Below the pieces are notes generated by a model that ran no database searches, was not told the DNA's origin, and was given only the letters and a program-made list of their open reading frames with translations. A stretch of 62,000 bases of DNA, from positions 120,001 through 182,000 of the forward strand of contig NW_008806284.1 of assembly GCF_000400465.1 (NCBI RefSeq), given 5' to 3'. The stretch comes from Wallemia ichthyophaga EXF-994. Lineage: Eukaryota; Fungi; Basidiomycota. How positions within the stretch are numbered: the first letter of the stretch is position 1; each line of letters begins with the position of its first letter. Positions 25,374 through 35,850 of the stretch are shown one piece after another. The position numbers and the translations under genes are program-made.

Positions 25374-26702
25374 CTACAAACTCAGAGTCATCTTGGCTTG
25401 ACGAGCTGCTTCTCCCTCCTCATCTGTCCAGCAGACGTATGCTGGAATCTTGCTTGTGTCGTTGCTGAGTGCAAATGCACCGTCTGCTTCTCTATCGCCC
25501 GCCTGTTCATTGAGCGAGTCGACGACAGATACGCCGAACACACTAAGTCTATCCGCGACATCTTTCCTCAACCTTGCTGACTTCTCTCCGATGCCACCGC
25601 TAAAGACCAGCGCATCGATCGCCTTCTTTGGGTGAGTCCCGAAGGACAGTTTCTGTAGATACGCGAGAAGATACTGTGTGAGTCTGTCCAAATAAACAGC
25701 ATATGCCAGAGCGAAAGCATTTGGCATTTCCTCTTGATACCATGGTTTCCAGCATTCAGCATCCGCTTCTGGAATTTCCTCTAAAATTTTCCCGAAGTTG
25801 GACGTACCGCACAAGCCGACGAATCCACCTTGCTTATTCATGACATACTCACCTCTCGATACGCGCATGCCATTAACGTCGACAGTCTCTGCGACGTCGC
25901 GAATCAAGTGGAAGATAAGTGTAGGGTCGATCGAACCTGTTCTGCTCCCACCCGGCAGACCTGCTTTATGTCAGAAAACACCACTAATACACTTCAACAC
26001 ACCTTCCAGTGGTGTCAGACCCATCGTTGTGTCGACTGAGATGCCATTCTTGATCGCGCACGCACTACCTCCACTGCCTAGATGTGCGACGACAATACTG
26101 GTCTCTGTTTCCTTTTTACCTAGCTTGGATGCCACTGACCGGAGTATACTGTGGTAGGACAGACCGTGCGCGCCGTACTTCTGCAGCGGAATGCGTGGCT
26201 CGTGGTCCGGCTTGCCGATCGCATACTTGCGCACTGCTTCCGGTAGAGTGCGATGGAAAAGCGTGTCGAACACTATCACCGCTGGCGATGCAGGCAAATG
26301 CTCAAGAACAGCCTCGAGCGCCATCAGTGCTGGTTTGTTGTGCAAAGGGGCAAACGCGCTGATTCTGTCGAGGTCCTTGAGTTTGTCGGAGTGCTCCTGC
26401 GTCACTACGATTGGCTTGTCGATGTCGCCCCCGTGTACAACTCTATGTGACGTAGCGGTGATGTCGTTCGGTTGCAGCTCGAGTGCACGGAAAACCTTAT
26501 CAAGAAGCGTCTTGAAGACATCGTTGTAGGCTGTGCCTTTGCTAATGCTCTCGGAGACGTTCGCTCCGCTGCCGCTGATCTTGATCATGGGCTCCTCAGA
26601 AATGTTCGACGCTCCACCGGATGCGAGTGGCGTGAGGTCTGTGCTGAAGAGCTTGAATTTAATACTTGAGCTCCCACAATTAAATGCGATAATTTTTGTC
26701 AT
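25374..26702 (-). CDS. ACK: Acetate kinase
   Basis: NCGSSSIKFKL, HRVVHGG, APLHN, FDTLFH, HLGSG, TTMGLTPLEG|LPGGSRTGSIDP and VFSGGIGE. One intron at about 25958-25998. Confidence 0.96.
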
Positions 26703-26924
26703 GATTGTTGAGCACGAACAACTTTATCCATCAAATGACATCATCTGGGAGTACTGGTCAGGATCTCTATTTTTAACCACAGTCGATAGAGTCAATTGTG
26801 TAAGAGCTATTATAAATAACCGAAAGCATCTATTCTCGCATTCTGAGCGATGAAAATTTCATCTTGTTGCTTGTCTCAGCGACTTCCACCGTGCTAAAAC
26901 GCGTTATTACAAGAAAAATATTCA

Positions 26925-29531
26925 TTACCACATTCTACACTGCTCCTCTAATGGCGGATTCATGATACTCCCCTGGGTGCAACCGAAAGCCTTTGCGAAT
27001 TCAGGTGTGTTGCGAAGTGTACCATCGACTCTCCATCTGTTATTGTTACGTGAGTCAGTATTCACGCCAGTCATATCTCAGTACTCACTTAGTTGGTGCG
27101 TGCGGATCCGTCTTGATACGCTTGAGGTTCTCTTCCAAGCGTGTCTTGCGCGCCCAGCCTCTAGCAAACGAGATAAAGAATAACTGTTCGTCGGTAAATT
27201 TGAGTCCTGGAAGTTTGGCAGATTCTTCAATCTCCTCTGCGTGCTTCCACGCGTTGTATGCCTGCACTAATCCCAGATCCCCTATAGCCTCGCCAATCAC
27301 GAAACGTCCGTTAACGTTGAGGTCCTTGCCATCGGGTCCTGGTACGGTGAACTGGTTGTATTGATTGATGATACACTCAGCTCTTTCTTCGAATGCCTTG
27401 ACTGTTTCGTCACTCCACCATGAACCATCGAAGATTAGTCTGCCGTCTGCTTCGTACTGACGTCCAGCTTGGTCAAAGGCATGACACAGCTCGTGCGCTG
27501 CTACACTGCCTGCTGATCCGTAATTAAGAACCTGCGGCCAATCCGCCTTGAAGAATGGTGGCTGGAGTATCCCAGCTGGGAAAACTATCTCGTTCTTTGA
27601 TGGCTGGTAGTAGGCATTGACTTCAGTTGGAAACATATCCCATTCGCCTTCGGCGACCTTACCTGCTTTCTGGAAGAGTCTGGCTGCGTCAGCTTCTTTA
27701 GCTCTCAGAGTGTTGCCGAACCAATCATCCTCAGTGATTTCGTTCATGTCGTAGTATCTGGCTAGATCAGTGGGGTCTGAAGTATTTGGATGGGCGGTTG
27801 GGTATCCGATCTTCTTGTTGTCGTGTAGTACTCTGGCTTTGTTAGCTGCCGCATCGACTGTCTTGTTATCCAACCATCCAAGACTTGGTAAGCGATTGAT
27901 GAACGCATCGATGATCCCATCTACTACTCCTTCAAAATTAGTCTTGCTCTCACCTGGGAAAGCTTCGAGGACAAATGGTCTGCCGGCTAAGAAACCAACT
28001 TGATCGACCACTCCGTTCAAGCAGTCGAGATCAATATCCTTCTCAGCCTTTGGGTCGGTGCCGCTCATTTTCGCTGTGAAATCATTAACTATCTTGGCCA
28101 TGTGGGTCTTTGGACTAAGTGAGGAGCCCAAATTGAGAACGATTCTGAGGAGGAAGTAAGTTTCGAGCGTGGCATCGTCGACTTCAAGGACACTGAAAGT
28201 ATGTTTAAGAACTAAGTCCTTTCATAAACCCCAACACACCTTGCTAAATCCTCAAAGTAGCTTGGGTTTGCTACGATAACTGGCTCTACTATAGAGTCGT
28301 CGTCACTTGTACCTTGCAGGGCAAAAAATTCATTCCAATATACGTATGGAGCAAGCTCAGAGAGCTCAGTTATGGTCTTGGGGTTGTACGTCTTGAGAGG
28401 GTTAGCTGAGTCAACCTGGCTCCAAGAGATTCTTGCGAGGTCTTGTTCAAATCTAGCGACATCGTTGGCTTTTCTCCTGAAGTAGCGTGTTGGGAGCTTA
28501 GGAGGTTTGTGATGTTTATTTTTTTTGCTCTTTTTGCTTTCCGTGATACCCTTGCTGTGAAAATCTCTTTCGTGAACAGCAACCAATATCTGATAAGTGA
28601 TTTCAGCGATAAGGTTTACATTGGCGTAGTCCTCATAGTAGTCTTTGTCGGGAAGTGATAAGGCATCGCTTTGAGATAGAACAAGTACCTGTCGGCTTGG
28701 ATCCTTGCCTACGTCGCCATCCAGTGAGAAAGAGAACAAACCGCCGATGTTCATAGATTGTAAAAAGGCGGTTGCATGAGTCAGCATGGTTTTGCGATAA
28801 TCGCCCTTCACCATGTGCCTTTGATGGATCACAGATTCGAAGTCGTCGAGTACATCGAGGATAGGCTCAGCGCCAAGCTTGTCTTGAACCTTAGTGTTAG
28901 TGCAAGAGTCGTAGAGAGTCTTGATAGATTTTAAGTTTTCTTTGTCTTGAGGAGAGTATTCTTGCGTGCCGACGTTATCAAAGACTGCTGATTTGACAGT
29001 TTGGATATTCCTATCGCCGAGCTCGTTGAATATGGAGTAAACGCTCTTTGAAGGTGGGATAGGGTGAGAATTAAGCCAGCCGCCATTAGCGTAATCGTAG
29101 AAAGAGTCGCATGGATCGATGGAAGTATCGACAGACTCGAGGATATCTTTTGCAGCTCTGAAGCAAGATCTGGTGAGGCAGAAATTGGATGACTACGATT
29201 GTTAGTGGGAAATAATTTATAAAGTGTTTGTGCTTACTGGTGGTTGTTCTGGCCGCTTAGGAGGATGCGTGGGTTGTGGTTTGCCAGGTTGTATGACAGT
29301 GACAGTCTCTTTAGATTCCTGCGCTCTCTTGTAATTAACTTCAGCGCCTGCAAATAAACCAACGAAAACGCTCATCAATACAACGAGCCCAACGATGACA
29401 GCGATGAGGATTCTATTCAGCTTTGAAATATTCTTTGGTGGCCCTAGTTCCTCTTTACGACGTCCATTCAGCAGTAGTGGCTCCCTTTCAAGTATCCCTG
29501 ACTGCCTCCTTGAATTTGAATGTGAGTTCAT
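26925..29531 (-). CDS. M13-family zinc metallopeptidase (neprilysin/endothelin-converting-enzyme-like), type II membrane
   Basis: N-terminal TM ILIAVIVGLVVLMSVFVGLFAG, VNAYY, GILQPPFF, zinc motif HELCH, ExxxD (EAIGD), QLFFISFARGW and C-terminal CRMW*. Multi-exon. Confidence 0.92.
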
Positions 29532-29774
29532 GGTGGTCGTAAGCCAAGACGTCACCGCCAGCCAGATAAGGTGAGATTTGATGTTCAGGCTATATTTGAG
29601 AGGCAGAAATGATCATAAAATTGAGCCCAGTTCAATGACGTTTTCGGATTGTAAATATCTCCTGTCGATCACCCGTCGTCATCAAAATTTTCATGGACTA
29701 TACATACAGTCTTTCTAGGATTATTACATCTTTCAAAGCAACAATCATCATCTAAAGAAATACCTGGAAGATAT

Positions 29775-31135
29775 ATGCAGTTGAAATACCTCATCACACT
29801 CGCAACCCTTGCGGCTTTTGCCTCTGCGAATTTGGTTCCGCACAACGTCGCTTACACGAAGAGATCTCCACAATACGAGTACGATACAGCGGCGTAAGTG
29901 GGTAATATTGAGACGATACAATCTAACACGCCTCAGACCATCTCCAGATTCACCTTCGCCATCACCAGCAGGTCCTGGAGACGATATCGCAATTTGTGTT
30001 AATAGTGAGTGAAATAATCACAGTTTGATAGCCAACAAAATTTATACATAGACTGCGACTCTAACGCTTACAAGAACAATGGAATTAATGGTAGTGGCGG
30101 TGGTATTGGCGCTGCCGGTGATTATAACGCTGGTGGCGATAATCCTGGTGGCAACAATCCTGGCAACGACAACAACGAAAATTCTCCCAACATCGGTGAC
30201 GACGACGCCAACGACAACAACAACAGAAACGATACTGCTCCATCGCCAACTACAAAGTACGTCGTCGTTGCACCTTCTCAGGGCGTTCTTCGCTTCGTTC
30301 CCTTTGCCATGCAAGCCGATGTCGGTGACAAAATTCAATTTACTTGGATGGCAAACAACCACGGAGTAACCAAATCTTCAATGACTGGTCTCTGTAACGC
30401 CACAGAGGATAAGCCATTCAAATCTCCTGTACAGAACGCAACCACTACGTTTGAGATTACTGTCGATACCACCGACCCAATGTTTTACTATTGCCCAGTT
30501 GGAAATGTGGGAAAGATTAATCATTATAATTAACACTGACAGTACATATAGCACTGTGCATCTGGTATGTACGGTATGATCAATCCACCAATGGCACCAG
30601 CCAACTTGTCAAACGTTGGTAATGCTATGAGTGATTGGGAGAAGGTCAGAGAGTAGCTCTGTGCCACTTCAACACCCTCTAACATCTCACTAGGACTCCA
30701 AGAATGCCATTATTATGAAGAACGCCGGTAATTTGATGAAGGATGCCAACATGACCACCGAGCAACTAAACTGGGGAAGCAACTGGATGGACATCGCGAG
30801 TGACAAAGATCAGTTGTCTTTGCTTATCGAGAATATTATGTGAGTAGTTGTATAATCAGAATTAACCCTCTGAAAATCGCAGCACCACGCGTCTCGCTAT
30901 TGCTTTGAATCCAGGCTGGACACCTGGAGCTGAGATTGATACTGGCAAGTTTAATACACCACCAGATATGAATACGCTTGCAGAGTCCAACACCGACGAC
31001 GATGAGACTGACGATGATCCTACTACTGATTCGAAAGACGGAGGTAGCTCAAATGACTCTGGATGCATCAGAAAGGAAGCCCAGATTACCAGTCTTATTT
31101 TCAGTTTAATTGCGGTTTTCGCATGTGTTCTTTAA
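29775..31135 (+). CDS. Secreted cupredoxin-domain protein with a Gly/Asn/Asp-rich linker and a probable GPI-anchor signal
   Basis: Signal peptide MQLKYLITLATLAAFASA. Cupredoxin VRFVPF..ADVGDKIQFTWMANNHGVT...FYYCPVGN|HCASGMYGMIN. Hydrophobic C-terminus SLIFSLIAVFACVL*. Several introns. Confidence 0.82.
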
Positions 31136-32581
31136 GTTTAATGAATACTCTTTTCAATATTTACATCTACGCGGTCAGGTTTAAATGCCAGGATGGCCTG
31201 AATAACGGTCGTGGATGTTAAATGTCAATAGTACCTGGGTCTTTATGTGCTAAATGAGCTGATCTGGTAAATTTCACATGCAATTGTTATCCTCTTAAGA
31301 TGTGTAGGACTGAACATGTTTCAGATAAGGGCATCAAACTGCAAAGAAGGTGGCTAAGCTGAAGAATACAAATTGCTGAAAAACCTACAGACAGAAACAC
31401 CCTTGCTTAGCTGTATATGCGCATTTGTACTTCATCCAGCACACATCTCCTTATCGACAAAGCGGTGCGAAGGAAACTACCAAACTTAGAGAACTGAAAA
31501 CCAAATTATAGCACACAGGTAATTAACTCGATATTCGTTTTATTCGCCTTTTCACCACAATCCACCGGGCTTAATACTTTAATGTTAGTCCAATCCCAAA
31601 CTTGATGTATATCCCAAGTAATCCTCATGGAGAAGTTTTCGCTAAAGTGGATTAACAATCTCATTAGCGACAGATACTCGTTAAGAATTGATAGATCTTG
31701 CGGTTCAGGGTATTATCCGCTTGTGCCAAGTTGGCAGAATAACCAAAAGACCCACTTCTCTTTCAGGCGTGGAAGAGTCATGTGTTCGAATCAAGGTGGT
31801 CGTAAATATTGCTGAATCAACTTTCTGATGATAAACTACGCGTCTTCCACCCTGCGTGCATCCGTGATCACCAAAGCAATCGCCGATGTTTGGAACTTCT
31901 ATCTGACGAATGTGTGGTTGGATCTAGTCAGGCGTGATCAACTGACTGAGTGTCTGCTGAAGTTAACAACATCATAAAGGAACACCACCGCAGTGATTGT
32001 CCCCCCCACTTCGACCGCCCATCCTGCCGACAAACACGCACTCGATTATGTCGCTGGCGTCATAAGCGTACAAACAGAAGAGACAAGACGCTTGCGACCA
32101 TCTCTATGCGTTTAAAATCAACAAAAATCGCTAATAACCTCATATTTGACATTCGATATCTGAGTGACATCATGTCGTCCACCCACATTATCGCCGAATC
32201 GCTTATCCTGATGGTCCGGTAAGGAATTCCTGATGTCACATCAGGATGTCCTTTGATTGCAGATAAAGTTGCTCTGACTATCCCACTTTCTTCGCGTCCC
32301 TATGTGGTTCGCAGGAATGCATAACAGCATGCCTGAGATATAGGAATGTTGGTTGTGATACTCCTCTTTAAATGTTACTGCATGAAAAGATTATATCCCA
32401 TCTTCAAGAAGGCCTTTTCTTTTAATGTGGATAAAATAAATAACCGTAACAGCTTTATACGGAGTAAATGAATCTCACACGGATTTCACTGCTTGATGGA
32501 CTATCGAAGACAATCTAAATAGCCTGCCTTGTCCAGGATTCGAACAAAGGTCGTACAGGTCCTCGCCTCAAAACAAAAGGC

Positions 32582-32587
32582 AAAAAA
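32582..32587 (-). terminator. RNA polymerase III oligo-T terminator of the tRNA-Glu gene
   Basis: T6 on the minus strand, 2 nt downstream of the tRNA 3' end. Confidence 0.8.
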
Positions 32588-32589
32588 TG

Positions 32590-32671
32590 TTCGCGTACCG
32601 GGAATCGAACCCGGCTCTTCGGTGGTCTTTCAAGTGAAAAACCGATATGATAACCACTACACCATACACGA
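32590..32671 (-). tRNA. tRNA-Glu(TTC) with a 10-nt intron after position 37
   Basis: Minus strand reads TCGTGTA TG GTGTAGTGGTTATCAT A TCGGT TT-TTC-A [CTTGAAAGAC] C ACCGA AGAG CCGGG TTCGATT CCCGG TACGCGA A. Acceptor, anticodon and T stems pair; A and B boxes are present. Confidence 0.93.
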
Positions 32672-33620
32672 CTGATACTTTTGCTTCACCAAAAAAATAC
32701 TTAACTTCAAGATTGACAGAAATCAAAGCGTACTTATTGCAAATTTTCATGGCTTGTTAGTCTTTATTAGTATAAGCGAAACAGCACAAGAATGCCTTTA
32801 ATTTCCGGCAAGACTGACTCATCGATTGTTTCTCAAAGCCTAAATAATCATTCGAGTAGCAATAGTAAACTGGCCACTTTGTGCGTTTGTAGGGGATTGA
32901 GGATGGTCCCGATCTGCGCGAACACATCCAACTATGATCCAGTCGAAACCAACACTGCCCTATCATTCGTAGCTCACAACTTGAGACGAAAGAATTAATC
33001 AACATGGTGGGTGCGTAGGAATGACGTGGTGGACTACCTAAGAAGTCGTGCATATTGTCGGTGTTAAGTGACTTGGACCTGTTTTGATATCAGCAGACCG
33101 AGCCGAGAAGCATTGTATTGCCGGTGCTAGTGTTTGGCAGGAATACTCAGCGGAAGAAGGTGAAAGGTGCCGATACGCAAATAGTGCACGCCAGTATCGG
33201 CAAAGGTGGTATTCGAATTGTTAGCCGTGAGTGTGCTGCTGAATAGTTCCTGAGAGATAGGGCGATGAACGTGTATGGTGAGGGTGCAGGTGACAAGGGT
33301 GATGAGACGATAGGGTGGTAAAGTGTAAATGCAGCTATTCACATGCATTGAACGAACTTGCAATGGATATTCTTTCACCAAAAATAGAGCAGTGTTAATC
33401 AGTTACCACCGGCTACGTATCGTAAGCAGTTACTGCTGATCGAGTAGTGAGACATTCCGATAAACAAAGCACAGGAATCAAATTGATTGAATCGGAAAAT
33501 ATATCGGAGTCGGCATCATGCACTGTGAATGTATCGAGATATCGAAATATCCAGGTACACAGTCGTGTGGATGCGGACAGGGATTTTAGAGAGGTTGTGC
33601 ACTGTTCGCTGGAGTGCTAT

Positions 33621-33650
33621 AATGCTCCAATGCTCCAATGCTCCAATGCT
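33621..33650. repeat. 8-bp tandem repeat (AATGCTCC) x about 3.7
   Basis: aatgctcc aatgctcc aatgctcc aatgct, inside the pseudogene. Confidence 0.85.
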
Positions 33651-33899
33651 AAAAATGATAGCCAGCGTAATCACCACTCTGTGCGGATTGGAGGATGCAA
33701 TATTGAGTGCTAGCGTCAGCTGCTGAGCTTAAGCAAGCCTGAACAACCCGCCAAGTGATAAAGGGCTATTTTTAGTTTATTTTACAAGATGATTCATTGG
33801 GGTTTGAATATGTTTAAGAGGGTGGAGGGGTGCATGGGCCTCTAAATGGGCCTCTGCGAATGAAATGTCGAATAATTATTGTGCCAGTGAGATATATTC

Positions 33900-33940
33900 A
33901 CGCGTTAGCGCGTTTACGTATTCGCGTTTCAACTCGCGCT
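33900..33940. promoter_or_regulatory. Cluster of CGCG/MCB-like motifs upstream of UGP1
   Basis: ACGCGT, GCGCGT, TCGCGT and TCGCGC within about 40 bp. Confidence 0.4.
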
Positions 33941-34191
33941 CGTTCCGTTCTTGAAAAATCTTCAAACAGGGCGAGGAGGGGAGTGAATTGGAGTGATATA
34001 CGAGATATTCACAGAAAACGCACAAAGCCAGCTTATTTTTGGCATTTTTTTCCTTTATTTTAGGTTCCCGCAGCAGAAAACGTAAATGGGGACTGGCGGA
34101 CGTTCTTCTCTCTTTAACACGAACTACGAGGAAGTGAGTTTTGCGTGTTTCTACCGTGAGAGCAGAACTGACGCGTAATAGAAGTAGAAAA

Positions 34192-35741
34192 ATGTCTTTG
34201 AACACATCAAACACGTCGTCGATCAAGCGCCAACCATCTGCAACCGACTTCAAGTCAGCTACTACAAATGTATCTTCACGCTCCATGAAGCAGGAATTAG
34301 ATAATCTTGTTCAAGTGAGTGGGTTAGGGAGCGTACAAAGCATTCTAACGCGCCCCTTCAGTCAGTTGAAGACCCAACAAAGAAAAAGCAATTCAAGGCT
34401 GAAATGGATGGCTTCTACAACCTTTTTAACCGCTTCCTCGATGAGAAGGCTAGAGGTGAGAAGATCCAATGGGACAAAATCAGACCACCAGCAGCAGAGC
34501 AAGTAAGACCATACTCAGACCTTCCAAAAGCCAGCGACCACTCAATTCTCGATAAATTGGCTGTGTTGAAGCTTAACGGTGGCTTGGGTACTACCATGGG
34601 TTGCGTCGGGCCAAAATCCATCATCGAAGTGAGAGACGGTATGACTTTCTTGGATTTGTCAGTGAGACAAATCGAGCATCTCAACTCAGCTTACAACGTC
34701 AACGTCCCATTCATCTTGATGAATTCGTTCAACACTCACGAAGACACCAAGCGTCTTATCCAAAAGTATGAAGACCACAACATCCAGATTCTCACTTTCA
34801 ACCAATCATGCTACCCAAGATTCGGCAGAGAGAGTCTTCTCCCAACTGCCAGAGATTTGGACTCACCAAAGGACAACTGGTACCCACCAGGACACGGAGA
34901 TATCTTTGAGGCACTCTACAACTCCGGTTTGCTCGATGAGCTTATCAACGCAGGCAAGGAGTATATATTCGTATCAAACGTAGACAATTTGGGTGCTGTT
35001 GTCGATCTCAACATCTACCAACACATGATCGACTCACAAGCCGAGTACTTTATGGAGGTTACTGACAAGACCAAGGCGGATGTGAAAGGTGGTACCATCA
35101 TCGATTACGAAGGACAAGCGCGTCTGTTGGAGGTTGCGCAAGTGCCAAAGGAGCACGTCGAGGAGTTCAAGAGTATCAGCAAGTTCAAGATATTCAACAC
35201 GAACAACTTGTGGATGAACCTGAAGGCAATCAAGAGAGTTGTAGAGAACAACCAGTTGAGCTTGGAGGTGATTATTAACAACAAGGCACTCGATAATGGT
35301 ACACCGGTTATTCAGCTGGAAACAGCTGTCGGAGCAGCTATTAAGCACTTCAAGGGCGCAGCTGGTATCAACGTACCTAGATCAAGATTCTTGCCTGTCA
35401 AGTCTTGCTCTGACTTGCTCCTCATCACATCAGACCTCTTCAGCTTGGAGCATGGTGTGCTGAAGCGCAACCCTAAGAGAGTGTTCGATACCACACCAGT
35501 TATCAAGCTCGGAGATACTTTCAAGAAGGTGGCTAACTTCCAGGGTAGATTTAAGTCTATCCCGAATGTGTTGGAGCTCGACCACTTGACTGTGTCTGGA
35601 GATGTTGTCTTTGGAAAGAATGTGGTGCTCAAGGGCTCGGTTATTATCGTTGCAAATGAGGGCAACAGGATTATCCTCCCAGACAACTCAGTGATTGAGA
35701 ACAAGCTGGTGACTGGTAACCTTGCCATTATCGACCACTAG
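34192..35741 (+). CDS. UGP1: UTP-glucose-1-phosphate uridylyltransferase
   Basis: [57 protein letters not shown] and [12 protein letters not shown]. One coding intron at 34315-about 34360. Confidence 0.97.
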
Positions 35742-35850
35742 AGAGGTTATTTATAAGACACAATATTCCCAGTACATCCTAATTGATTTTTACATTTCAG
35801 ACTGCTTTGGTAGGTGTGGATGATTGCATATTGCATTAAAATAATTGCCT

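Larger units (their letters stand above)
31390..33760 (+). pseudogene. Decayed inverted duplicate of the phosphoketolase gene
   Basis: Collinear matches to XFP: DLAV..IR..Q (31694-31729), LSDIM...PD...DVTS (32160-32243), LYP..EAF-like (32391-32420), YDPVETNTALSFVAHNLRRKN (32932-32995), IVG.K*LGPVLISADRAEKHCIAGASVWQEYS (33054-33150), and ADRDFREVVHCS (about 33573-33608). Contains stops and frameshifts. The 3' half is clear; the 5' boundary is approximate. Confidence 0.88.

Noticed and set aside
31820-31925. VFHPACI peptide resembling a RING motif
   Set aside because: No other RING ligands are present and the segment lies within the phosphoketolase pseudogene.
32228-32246. Perfect inverted repeat TCCTGATGT-C-ACATCAGGA
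   Set aside because: A 9-bp-arm palindrome is near chance expectation in 62 kb, and it overlaps the pseudogene's DVTS codons.
31136-34191. Possible transposon or structural ncRNA in the 3-kb gap
   Set aside because: No terminal repeats, transposase/RT motifs or snRNA/5S signatures were seen. The gap is explained by the pseudogene, the tRNA and the UGP1 promoter.
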